A stretch of DNA of 32,000 nucleotides, from assembly GCF_000014785.1 (NCBI RefSeq), contig NC_008340.1:1140001-1172000 (forward strand), in the 5' to 3' direction. The notes beneath the pieces are model-generated. The model ran no database searches. It was not told the DNA's origin and saw nothing but the letters and a program-made list of their open reading frames with translations. The position numbers and the translations under genes are program-made. Positions within the stretch are counted from its first letter, which is position 1. Each line of letters opens with the position of its first letter. Positions 19,947 to 28,301 of the stretch are shown here, one piece after another. This DNA is from Alkalilimnicola ehrlichii MLHE-1 (GTDB taxonomy: Bacteria; Pseudomonadota; Gammaproteobacteria; Nitrococcales; Halorhodospiraceae).

Positions 19947-20082
19947 GTGGGGGGTTCCTACTCAATCGCGGATCTTGGTGTTAGACTACGGCCCTCGATC
20001 GTTGACGTACAGCCTTTCTGTCTCAATGGTTGATATTGAACCGGCTCGCGGGCGCCTGCCCTGGCGGGTCGGTGAGCACCGC

Positions 20083-20172
20083 GGAGAGGTGCCGGAGCGG
20101 CCGAACGGGGCGCACTCGAAATGCGTTGACCCCTCGCGGGGTCCGGGGGTTCGAATCCCTCCCTCTCCGCCA
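20083..20172 (+). tRNA. tRNA-Ser (anticodon CGA), CCA encoded
   Basis: GGAGAGG acceptor 5' arm pairs with CCTCTCC; anticodon arm GCGCA-CTCGAAA-TGCGT; long variable arm CCCCTCGCGGGG; T arm GGGGGTTCGAATCCCT; encoded 3' CCA. Confidence 0.97.
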
Positions 20173-20238
20173 TTCCCCATCCCCGGGCGCGTACCGCGTC
20201 GATGCCGGGCACGCGCCATAGCTGCCCGGAGCCTTGGC

Positions 20239-20553
20239 ATGTTCGTTGTCACCAATCGCGTCCCGGTCGCCGAGGGTCACGAAGCCGCCTTCGAAGAGCG
20301 TTTCCGCAACCGCGCCGGCCAAATCGAGCGCAATCCCGGGTTCCTCGGGATGCAGATCCTCCGTCCCGCCAAACCCGGCGTGCCCTATCTGGTGCAGACC
20401 ACCTGGGAGAGTCGCGAGGCCTTTGAACGATGGGTGGACAGCGACGACTTCCGCCAGGCGCACGCCAACCCCCTGCCGAAATCGGCGTTCAGCGGCCCCA
20501 GCGCCATGGAGATGCACGAGGTGATCCTCAGCGCGGGTCGCCCAAGCCGGTGA
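20239..20553 (+). CDS. Antibiotic biosynthesis monooxygenase (ABM)/HmoA-like protein
   Basis: 104 aa: MFVVTNRVPVAEGHEAAFEERFRNRAGQIERNPGFLGMQILRP...YLVQTTWESREAFERWVDSDDFRQAH. Confidence 0.82.
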   Translation: MFVVTNRVPVAEGHEAAFEERFRNRAGQIERNPGFLGMQILRPAKPGVPYLVQTTWESREAFERWVDSDDFRQAHANPLPKSAFSGPSAMEMHEVILSAGRPSR

Positions 20554-21550
20554 AGAACTCGCGGGTGTTCTGTGCCAGCGTCGCCATGTGATAGCCCCCC
20601 TCCTGGATGATCAGCGTCGGCAGAGCGAGCTCGGCCAGGGTGCGACCCATGCGGTTGAAGCCGGGTGAGCTCACCGCCGCCTTGTTCTGCGGGTCATCCT
20701 TATAGATATCGAAGCCCAGGGTGACGATGAGCGCGTCGGGGGCGTAGAGCTCGATGGCGTGCGCCGCCTCCTCCAAGCGCTGGAAGTAGGTGGCCTCCGG
20801 TGAGCCGTGGGGCATGGGCAGGTTGATATTATAGCCCTCGCCGGCCCCGGCCCCGCGCTCCTCCTCGTGGCCGCTCACCACCGGGTAGAAGTTGGTGGGG
20901 TCGCCGTGGATGGAGATATAGAGCACATCGTCCCGGTCGTAGAAGATCTCCTGGATGCCCTGGCCATGGTGCATGTCCGGGTCGAGGATGGCGATCCGGG
21001 GGTACTGGGCCTTGAGGGCCTCGGCGGCGATGGCGGCATTGTTCAGATAGCAGAAGCCACCCGCGGCGTCGCGGCGGGCGTGGTGTCCCGGCGGGCGGCA
21101 GACCGCATAGGCGCGCTTCGCCCCCCGCAGCAGCTCGTCGCTGGCCGATAACGCGGTCTGGGCCGACCAGTAGGCGGCCTCGAAGGTGTGTTCGCCAATG
21201 GGGCAACTGCCGTCGGCCAGGTAGCGGGCGGCCTCGGCCAGGATGCCCTTCATGGGGTTGGGCGAGCGCACGAAGACATTGGACATCACCTCATCACCCC
21301 AGTCATCGGGGATGGCCTTCCAGCGCCGATGCGCCGACTCCAGGAACCGCAGGTAGCCCATGTCGTGGACCCGGGCAATGGCCTGCATCCCGTGATCAGA
21401 GGGTGTCTCCACCGAGATATCCAGCGTCCGCAGCCCCTCCAGGATATGCCCGGTGCGCTCGGGGAGTTCCAGCGGCGCCCGCATCTGACCGCGGGAGAGG
21501 TAGCTCCTGGGGATGTGCTTGTCCTGGCTCGGGTGGAAAAATGCCTTCAC
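20528..21550 (-). CDS. Histone deacetylase-family protein (acetoin utilization/acetylpolyamine amidohydrolase superfamily)
   Basis: CRPPGHHARRDAAGGFCYLNNAAIAAEAL...RIAILDPDMHHGQGIQEIFYDRDDVLYISIHGDPTNFYP...IIQEGGY. GTG start (VKAFFHPSQDKH) preferred to the track start at 21766. Confidence 0.9.
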   Translation of the reverse strand: MKAFFHPSQDKHIPRSYLSRGQMRAPLELPERTGHILEGLRTLDISVETPSDHGMQAIARVHDMGYLRFLESAHRRWKAIPDDWGDEVMSNVFVRSPNPMKGILAEAARYLADGSCPIGEHTFEAAYWSAQTALSASDELLRGAKRAYAVCRPPGHHARRDAAGGFCYLNNAAIAAEALKAQYPRIAILDPDMHHGQGIQEIFYDRDDVLYISIHGDPTNFYPVVSGHEEERGAGAGEGYNINLPMPHGSPEATYFQRLEEAAHAIELYAPDALIVTLGFDIYKDDPQNKAAVSSPGFNRMGRTLAELALPTLIIQEGGYHMATLAQNTREFFTGLGDPR

Positions 21551-21851
21551 GTCGGATCCCCCATCAACGGCCCGTGGTGTCATCGCCGGCCGGCGCCCGA
21601 CCAGCCCTACCCGCATACTAACCGCTAATTCCACCCTCTGGGGATCCCCTGCGGCTGATTTTTTCCGCGGCGGATGGGGCATCGAGCGGGGGCCGGGCAG
21701 GCACCCGGCGGGGCCACCGGGGCATGGCCAATGGGGCTGAAAGGTGGTTAAGCTGCCGGCTGCCACCCGGTCGTTTTCGGGGTAAACTGTATGTGGGACG
21801 CAGCTAATTGCATGCGCGGTGGGAACCGATCAGAGGTGAGGGCAGCGGACC

Positions 21852-22208
21852 ATGGTGCTGTTCTGGCGAAGCCTGGGGATACTGTGCGTGGCCATCGGCA
21901 GTGTCGGTGTGGTGGTGCCGCTCCTGCCGACCACACCCTTCCTGCTGCTCGCCGCCTGGGCCTTCGCCAAGGGCTCGGAGCGTTGGCGGGCGTGGCTGCT
22001 CGACCATCCCCGGCTGGGCCCGTGCATTCGTGCCTGGCAGACCGAGCGCGCCATCCCCTACCGGGCCAAGGTGTTGGCCGTCGCCTCGCTGCTGCTGAGC
22101 CTGCTTATCGCGCTGTGGTTGGCACTGCCGCCGGTGGCGCTGGGCCTGCAGGCCACGGCGCTGGTGCTGGTCTCGGCCTTCATCCTCACCCGACCGACGG
22201 CCTGCTGA
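21852..22208 (+). CDS. YbaN-like inner membrane protein (DUF454)
   Basis: RSLGILCVAIGSVGVVVPLLPTTPFLLLAAWAFAKGSERWRAWLLDHPRLGPCIRAW. Confidence 0.88.
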   Translation: MVLFWRSLGILCVAIGSVGVVVPLLPTTPFLLLAAWAFAKGSERWRAWLLDHPRLGPCIRAWQTERAIPYRAKVLAVASLLLSLLIALWLALPPVALGLQATALVLVSAFILTRPTAC

Positions 22209-22248
22209 GCCGCGCCCCCTGCCGCGGTGAGCCGCGGAGGACGAGGGC

Positions 22249-24417
22249 GTGACGGGCCCGGAGCCATTGCTCGGGGTGGTCGACCGGCTGCTGGCCGCTG
22301 CCCGTGCCCGTGGCCACCGGCGATTGCTGGTGCTGGCCGGGACCGCGGTCTGGGGCCGTGCCGAGGCCCGCCGGGTCCTGCAACGCTGCGGTGCCGACGA
22401 ACACCACCTGTGGGTGGGGGAGGGTGAGGGCGCCCGGGCCGCGGCGGAAGTCTGGCAGGAGCTGGGCCGGGAGTACCCGGCGCTGGTGTTTGACGCCCAT
22501 TGCGGCTTCGATCCGGACGCCTTCGGGGCCGTGGCCGGCACGGTGCACGGTGGCGGCCTGCTGCTCCTGCTTACCCCACCGCTGGCGGATTGGCACCGGG
22601 CGCCGGATCCGGAGCGGGTGCGCCTGGCCGTCCACCCGCTGCGCCCGGAGCAGGTCCCCGGCCGTTACCTCTGGCGCCTGGCGCGGTTGCTGCGGGACAG
22701 CCCCGATGCCTGGGTGGTGGAGCAGGACGGCACGGCGGTGCCGGCCGCCCCGGACCGCCTGCCGCCGTCGCAATCCGCATCCGCGGTCGTCGGGCCCGCC
22801 GGGGGCGGGCCGCTCACCCCCGATCAGGCACAGGCCGTGGAGGCCCTGGTCCGTTCCGCATCCGGGCGCGGTCACCGGCGGCGGCCGGTGGTGCTGACCT
22901 CCGACCGCGGGCGGGGCAAGTCCTCCGCCCTGGGGCTGGCCGCCGCCCGCCTGCTGCGCCAGGGGCTGGCTGATATCCGGGTGACCGCGCCGGCGGCGGA
23001 GGCGGTGCAGCCGCTGCTGGAACATGCCGCCGCGGGGCTCCCCGGCAGTCGCCGTACCCGGACTGCGGTCGAGTGGCGGGGGCGGAGCCTGCGCTTCGCC
23101 GTGCCGCGTGCCCTGCTGGACAGCAGCGATACCCCCGACCTGGTGCTGGTGGACGAGGCGGCCGCCATCCCGACACCGGTGCTGGCGGCATTGCTGCGCC
23201 GCCACCCGCGCATGGCCTTCGCCACCACGGTCCATGGCTACGAGGGCACCGGTCGGGGGTTCGCCCTGCGCTTCAACGCGTTGCTCGACCGCGAGACCCG
23301 CGGCTGGCAGGCGGTGCGGTTGCAGACCCCGGTGCGCTGGTCGCCCGGCGATCCGGTGGAGGCGCTGGTGTTCCGGTTACTGCTGCTGGACGCCGAACCC
23401 GGGGAGGTGCCGCCGACGGCCTCCGGCGCCCCGCGCTGGGAGTGGTTGGTCCGCGACCGCCTGGCCGCCGACGAGCCGTTGCTCACCCAGGTGTTCGGGC
23501 TCCTGGTCCAGGCCCACTATCGCACCCGGCCACTGGACCTGCGCCACCTGCTGGACGGGCCCAATGTGCGGGTCGGGGCGTTATGGCTGGACGGGCGCCT
23601 GGTGGGAACGCTGATGGTGGCGGAGGAGGGGGGATTCGATGCCGCCTTCGCCGAGGCCGTCTGGCGGGGTCGGGCCCGTCCCATGGGCCATATGCTCCCG
23701 GAGACCCTGGCCGCCCATTGCGGTCTGCGTCAGGCGCCGGAGCGGCGCGGACTGCGGGTGGTACGCATTGCGGTCCATCCGGATGCCAGGCGCCGGGGGC
23801 TGGGACGGCGCCTGTTGTTGGAGGCCCTCGCCGACGCCCGGCGGCGGGGTCTGGACTACCTGGGCACGGCCTTCGGGACCACCGACGAGTTGCTGCGTTT
23901 CTGGCAATGCGAGGGGCTGGCCCCGGTGCGTGTCAGCCTGCGTCGCGGCGCGGCCAGCGGCGCCCATTCGGTGGTCATGCTCCGGGCGGTGAGTGCCGCC
24001 GGGGAGTCCCTGCTTGGCCGGGCCCGGGCCCGCTTTCTCGACGGCCTGCCCCACCTGTTGGCCGATCCGCTGCGCCGGCTGGAGCCGGCGCTGGCCGACC
24101 AACTGCTGCGCGCGCCGGATCAGGGTGCCGCCCCGCCCGTGGCGGATGACTGGGAGGACCTGCGGGCCTTCGCCGCCAGCGAGCGGATCTTCGAAGCCTG
24201 CCTGCCGGCGCTCCGCCGCTGGACGTTGTGGCTGCTGGCCGACCCGGAGCGAGCCGCGCGGCTGACCCCGGCGGAGCGCAATGCGCTCATCCTTCGCCTC
24301 CTGCAGCACCGGGACTGGGGTGAGACCGCCCGGGCCTTGTCATTGCCGGGCCGCCGCCAGGTGACCCGCCTGCTCCGTGAGGCAGTGGCGGGGCAGTTGC
24401 CGGAGCCGCTAGGCTAG
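22249..24417 (+). CDS. tmcA: tRNA(Met) cytidine acetyltransferase TmcA
   Basis: Helicase-like VVLTSDRGRGKSSALGLAAARLL, LVLVDEAAAIPTPVLAALLRRHPRMAFATTVHGYEGTGRGFALRF, and GNAT region RVVRIAVHPDARRRGLGRRLLLEAL. GTG start at 22249. Confidence 0.93.
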   Translation: MTGPEPLLGVVDRLLAAARARGHRRLLVLAGTAVWGRAEARRVLQRCGADEHHLWVGEGEGARAAAEVWQELGREYPALVFDAHCGFDPDAFGAVAGTVHGGGLLLLLTPPLADWHRAPDPERVRLAVHPLRPEQVPGRYLWRLARLLRDSPDAWVVEQDGTAVPAAPDRLPPSQSASAVVGPAGGGPLTPDQAQAVEALVRSASGRGHRRRPVVLTSDRGRGKSSALGLAAARLLRQGLADIRVTAPAAEAVQPLLEHAAAGLPGSRRTRTAVEWRGRSLRFAVPRALLDSSDTPDLVLVDEAAAIPTPVLAALLRRHPRMAFATTVHGYEGTGRGFALRFNALLDRETRGWQAVRLQTPVRWSPGDPVEALVFRLLLLDAEPGEVPPTASGAPRWEWLVRDRLAADEPLLTQVFGLLVQAHYRTRPLDLRHLLDGPNVRVGALWLDGRLVGTLMVAEEGGFDAAFAEAVWRGRARPMGHMLPETLAAHCGLRQAPERRGLRVVRIAVHPDARRRGLGRRLLLEALADARRRGLDYLGTAFGTTDELLRFWQCEGLAPVRVSLRRGAASGAHSVVMLRAVSAAGESLLGRARARFLDGLPHLLADPLRRLEPALADQLLRAPDQGAAPPVADDWEDLRAFAASERIFEACLPALRRWTLWLLADPERAARLTPAERNALILRLLQHRDWGETARALSLPGRRQVTRLLREAVAGQLPEPLG

Positions 24418-24447
24418 GGGCCTGTCCCGCGGTTGGGTTCGCACACA

Positions 24448-26115
24448 ATGCTGGTGATTCTGGTCCTGCTCTGGCCGCTGCTGCTGGCCGCCGCTCTGTT
24501 CACGGCGTGGCGGCCGAGCGCGTGGCGGTGGGCCCCATCGGCGCCGGTGCCGGCACTGCTGGCCGCCTTCTGGCCCGGCGGCCACTGGGAGGCCCCGTGG
24601 TTGTTGCTGGGCCTGCGCCTGGGGGTGGACCCGCTCGGCGCGCCGTTGCTGCTGCTGGCCGCGGTAGTGTGGCTGCTGGCCGCTCTCGCCGCGCGCCGCG
24701 CCATGGCCGGAGATGCCCATCGGGACCGCTTTCTGGCGCTGTTCCTGCTCACCATGGCCGGTAACCTGGGGGTGTTCATCGCCCTGGACGCGGCAGGCTT
24801 TTACCTGGCCTATGCGTTGATGACCTTCGCCGCCTACGGCTTGGTGATCCACGACGGCCGGGCGGTCTCGCGCCGGGCCGGGCGGGTCTATCTGGTGTTG
24901 GCGGTGCTGGGTGAGGGGCTGCTGGTGGCGGGCCTGCTGCTGATGGCCGCTGAGTTCGGCAACCCCGATCTGCGCGGGCTGGGCCCGATGCTGGCCGGGG
25001 CCGCCCACAAGGACTGGCTGGTGGTGCTGTTCCTGCTCGGCTTCGGGATCAAGATGGGTATGGTGCCGTTGCACCTCTGGCTGCCGTTGGCCCATCCCTG
25101 CGCGCCGGTCCCTGCCAGCGCCGTGCTCTCCGGGGTGATCGTCAAGGCCGGGCTGATGGGTTGGCTGCGGTTTCTGCCGCTTGGCCAGGGGGTGACCGAC
25201 GCCGTCGCCCCGTGGGTGATGGCCATCGGCCTGTTTTCGGCCTTTTTCGCCGTGGTGGTGGGTCTGGCCCAGGAACGGGCCAAGACCGTGCTGGCCTATT
25301 CCACGGTCAGCCAGATGGGGCTGCTCACCCTGCTGATCGGTTTGGGATTGGCGCTGCCGGAGATCCAGTGGACCCTGGCCATGGGGGCGGTCGTGCTGAT
25401 GGCGTTGCACCATGGACTGGCCAAGGGGGCGCTGTTCCTGGCCATGGGGGCGGACGCGCGGGCGCGGTTCTGGCTGATGCTTTGGCCGGCCGCCGCCCTG
25501 GCCGGACTGCCGTTGACCGCCGGGGCCCTGGGCAAGAAGGCGCTCAAGGATGCCGTCGATATGGCGCCCGGGGTCTGGGCGGAGCTGTTGCTGCCGCTGC
25601 TGGCGCTGAGCTCGCTGGCCACGACGCTGCTCATGCTGCGCCTGCTCTGGCTGGTCCGACCGCCGGGTGGTCCCTGGGGGGCGGAGCACAACGGCGCCGT
25701 GGGCGAGCCGGCGCGCGGCCGGGCCCCGGTGCTTGGCCTGGTACTGATCGGGGTGTTTCTGCCCTGGTTGTGGGCGGGGTGGCAGCTTCCCCAGGCGGCG
25801 GTGGCGGCCCTCGGGGTGACGGCACTCTGGGACAGCCTCTGGCCGGCACTGCTGGGGCTGGGGGCGGGGGGCGCCTGGTGGTATTGGGCGCCGCGCCGCT
25901 GGCAGGCCGTGCGCTTGCCGGAAGGGGACCTGGCCGCCCTGTTGCCCGCCGCGCCTTCGTTGCCCCAGCCGCCCGCCTGGCAACCGTTACTATCGGACAG
26001 CGGTGGCGGCAGCCGGCTGGTGTCCCGGATGGCGTCCGGGTTCAGTCAATTGGCGGTGGCCGGGGCGCTGTTCCTGGCCCTGGTGCTCCTGATGCTGCTG
26101 CTCCTGCTGCGCTGA
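24448..26115 (+). CDS. Stand-alone proton-translocating NADH dehydrogenase/antiporter-like subunit (NuoL/NuoM/HyfB superfamily)
   Basis: GFGIKMGMVPLHLWLPLAHPCAPVPASAVLSGVIVKAGLMGWLRFLP...ERAKTVLAYSTVSQMGLLTLLIGLGLA...ALHHGLAKGALFLAMG; no other complex I, Mrp or hydrogenase subunit genes in the window. Confidence 0.87.
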   Translation: MLVILVLLWPLLLAAALFTAWRPSAWRWAPSAPVPALLAAFWPGGHWEAPWLLLGLRLGVDPLGAPLLLLAAVVWLLAALAARRAMAGDAHRDRFLALFLLTMAGNLGVFIALDAAGFYLAYALMTFAAYGLVIHDGRAVSRRAGRVYLVLAVLGEGLLVAGLLLMAAEFGNPDLRGLGPMLAGAAHKDWLVVLFLLGFGIKMGMVPLHLWLPLAHPCAPVPASAVLSGVIVKAGLMGWLRFLPLGQGVTDAVAPWVMAIGLFSAFFAVVVGLAQERAKTVLAYSTVSQMGLLTLLIGLGLALPEIQWTLAMGAVVLMALHHGLAKGALFLAMGADARARFWLMLWPAAALAGLPLTAGALGKKALKDAVDMAPGVWAELLLPLLALSSLATTLLMLRLLWLVRPPGGPWGAEHNGAVGEPARGRAPVLGLVLIGVFLPWLWAGWQLPQAAVAALGVTALWDSLWPALLGLGAGGAWWYWAPRRWQAVRLPEGDLAALLPAAPSLPQPPAWQPLLSDSGGGSRLVSRMASGFSQLAVAGALFLALVLLMLLLLLR

Positions 26116-26131
26116 TCCGGTCGCACCCGGC

Positions 26132-27631
26132 TCAGCCGCCGCTCTCCATGGCTCCCTCAATGGCGGCACAGAGCCGCTTGATCACTTTGACCCGGGCGAA
26201 GCGTTTGTCATTGGCCTCGATCACGTGCCAGGGCGCGGCGGTGGTATCGGTGTAGCGCAGCATGTCGTTGATGGCGGCCTGGTAGTCGTCCCACCGCTCC
26301 CGGTTACGCCAGTCCTCCTCGGTCAGCTTGTGCGCCTTCCACGGTGTCTCCGCGCGCGCCTGGAAGCGGGCGAGCTGCTCGTCGGCGTCGATGGCGAGCC
26401 AGAACTTGGCGAGGATAATATTGCTCCTCAGGAGGTTCTGCTCAAAGTGGTTGATCTCGCCATAGGCGCGGCGCCAGTCGGTCCGCTCGGCGAAGCCCTC
26501 CACCCGTTCCACCAGGACGCGCCCGTACCAGGAGCGATCGAAGATGGTCATCCGGCCGTGCGAGGGCAGTTGCCGCCAGAAGCGCCAAATCCAGGGCTGC
26601 GCGCGCTCCTCGTCGGTGGGCGCCGCCACGCTGATCACCCGGTAGTGGCGGGCGTCCAGGGCGGCGGTGACCCGGTGGATGCTGCCGCCCTTGCCGGCGG
26701 CGTCGTGGCCCTCGAAGACCGCCACCACGGCGTAGTCGCGACGGAACACCGGATCCCGCACCAGTTGACTGAGCCGGTCCTGCCAGCGGGTCAGTTCTTC
26801 GTGGTAGGTGGTCTTGTCCAGGGTCTGGGTCAGGTCCAGCGCCTCCAGGGTCTGTGGATCGCGCGCGGGACGGCATTTGACCGGGGCGCGGGCGCTCTCC
26901 ACCTCCTCCCGCCGACCCCTCAGCCGGTCCTGCATCCGGTCCAGGATGATGGCGGCGGTCTGCAGCGTTTGCCGCTCCGGGTGCCCGCCCTCCAGCACGT
27001 GCCAGGGGGCCCAGGCGCTGTCGGTGGCCTCCACCACCTGGTGGGCGGTCTCGTCGATGGCGTCAAACTGCTCGTGGCGTAGCCAGGACAACTCATTGAC
27101 CCGCCAGCGGTTGACCGGGTCGGACTCCAGCTGGTGCAGGCGCTCGGCCTGCCGCTCGCGGGAGATTCGGTACCAGAACTTCAGGATCAGCGCGCCCTCG
27201 GCGGCCAGGGTCTTCTCGAACTCCCGGACCTCCTCCACCCGGGTCTCCAGGACCGCTGGGCCGATCAGACCCTGCACACGGTCGATCACCGCCTCGCCAT
27301 ACCAGCCGTTGACGTAGATCCCTATACGGCCGGCCGGCGGCAGGCTACGCCAGTACCGCCACATGGGCGGGCGGGCGCGTTCCTCGTCATTGGGCGGCCC
27401 GAAGGCATGGGTCTCCATGCCCCGGTTCTCCAGCCACTTGTTGAGCAGATTCACCGTCTCGCCGCGGCCGCTACCGACTTGGCCGGTGACCATGATCACC
27501 ACGGGGATCTCGGCAGCCTCGGACAGGGCCAGCTGGCTGCGCAGCAGCTTCAGGCGCAGCTCCTGCAGCGTCTTTTTCCGCTCCTTTTTGTCCGCCTGAC
27601 CCTCGATCAGGCGGTTGATGCGTTTTTGCAC
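26132..27631 (-). CDS. pap: Polyphosphate:AMP phosphotransferase (tandem PPK2 domains)
   Basis: Two PPK2-like halves: VVIMVTGQVGSGRGETVNLLNKWLENRGMETHAFGPPNDEERARPPMWRYWRSLPPAGRIGIYVNGWYG and AVVAVFEGHDAAGKGGSIHRVTAALDARHYRVISVAAPTDEERAQPWIWRFWRQLPSHGRMTIFDRSWYGRVLVERVEGF. Confidence 0.93.
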   Translation of the reverse strand: MQKRINRLIEGQADKKERKKTLQELRLKLLRSQLALSEAAEIPVVIMVTGQVGSGRGETVNLLNKWLENRGMETHAFGPPNDEERARPPMWRYWRSLPPAGRIGIYVNGWYGEAVIDRVQGLIGPAVLETRVEEVREFEKTLAAEGALILKFWYRISRERQAERLHQLESDPVNRWRVNELSWLRHEQFDAIDETAHQVVEATDSAWAPWHVLEGGHPERQTLQTAAIILDRMQDRLRGRREEVESARAPVKCRPARDPQTLEALDLTQTLDKTTYHEELTRWQDRLSQLVRDPVFRRDYAVVAVFEGHDAAGKGGSIHRVTAALDARHYRVISVAAPTDEERAQPWIWRFWRQLPSHGRMTIFDRSWYGRVLVERVEGFAERTDWRRAYGEINHFEQNLLRSNIILAKFWLAIDADEQLARFQARAETPWKAHKLTEEDWRNRERWDDYQAAINDMLRYTDTTAAPWHVIEANDKRFARVKVIKRLCAAIEGAMESGG

Positions 27632-27734
27632 GGCGTCGCTCCCTGTCCGGTCGGTCCCCCCCCGGGGGGTACTGATGTCATCAGTCTGTCATCGCATCGG
27701 TACAATTCCAAAGGATTATTCCAGGGCGTACCCC

Positions 27735-27757
27735 CGTCGTGGCGAGGGCCGAAGGCG
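27735..27757. repeat. Partial left-half unit of the intergenic repeat family
   Basis: CGTCGTGGCGAGGGCCGAAGGCG, similar to CGTCATCGCGAGGGCCGAAGGC. Confidence 0.5.
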
Positions 27758-27764
27758 TTCCCCC

Positions 27765-27844
27765 CTCATTGCGAGGTTTGGAGTGCCGTGGCGATCCATA
27801 CGCCGCTTGGACTGCCGCGCCCCCTGCGGGGGCTCGCAGTGACG
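27765..27844. repeat. Divergent full unit of the intergenic repeat family
   Basis: TCATTGCGAGGTTTGGAGTGCCGTGGCGATCCATACGCCGCTTGGACTGCCGCGCCCCCTGCGGGGGCTCGCAGTGACG. Confidence 0.7.
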
Positions 27845-27860
27845 GTGGGGGGCACTCCCC

Positions 27861-27908
27861 CGTCATCGCGAGCCCGACCCCCCGCTGCGCGGGCCCGAAT
27901 CAACGAGG
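27861..27908. repeat. Degenerate or truncated unit of the intergenic repeat family
   Basis: CGTCATCGCGAG followed by a diverged hairpin sequence CCCGACCCCCCGCTGCGCGGGCCCG. Confidence 0.45.
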
Positions 27909-27921
27909 AACGGGGCACCCC

Positions 27922-27999
27922 CGTCATCGCGAGGGCCGAAGGCCCGTGGCGATCCAGGGCGGTAGACTGCCACGTCGGCTTCGCCTCCTCGCAGTGACG
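27922..27999. repeat. Full 78-bp palindromic intergenic repeat unit
   Basis: 77/78 identical to 13661-13738; similarity continues into the flanking GTGGGGG...TGGCC sequence. Confidence 0.88.
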
Positions 28000-28040
28000 G
28001 TGGGGGGGTGGCCCTTCCCACAGTGACGGGGCAACACCCC

Positions 28041-28122
28041 CGTCATCGCGAGGAGCGAAGCGACGCGGCGATCCATAGCCCGCCCTGGACTGCCACGGCG
28101 GCTGTGCCTCCTCCTCGTGACG
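28041..28122. repeat. Full but diverged unit (82 bp) of the intergenic repeat family
   Basis: CGTCATCGCGAGGAGCGAAGCGACGCGGCGATCCATAGCCCGCCCTGGACTGCCACGGCGGCTGTGCCTCCTCCTCGTGACG. Confidence 0.8.
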
Positions 28123-28301
28123 GTGGGTGGGCGCCTGCCCTGCGACGATGGCCTATTCAGCGCTCCCGTATGGCCGCCATAACCGGGATGTGATTGATCC
28201 AGCGGAAATGTTGCGCTGCACTTAAAACGAGTGAAGTTTGCGGTTATGCTGACCGCTGGGCGCGATCGCGTGGCGGCCCGGCCCCTCGGCAAGGAGTAAT
28301 G

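Noticed and set aside
19906-20553. 215-aa ORF extended through the tRNA gene
   Set aside because: The upstream part overlaps tRNA-Ser; the real ABM-like start is ATG 20239.
20083-20553. tRNA-Ser as an integration site for a genomic island
   Set aside because: No integrase gene, no att-like direct repeat seen, and downstream genes are ordinary chromosomal types.
27134-27997. 287-aa plus-strand ORF and nearby ORFs over the repeat block (27615-28026)
   Set aside because: They translate palindromic repeat units and the antisense of pap; similar peptides appear at 13503-13712 only because the DNA repeat is shared.
27735-28122. Possible CRISPR array
   Set aside because: Units are long (about 78-82 bp), palindromic, irregularly spaced and variably truncated, with no short unique spacers of constant length and no cas genes.
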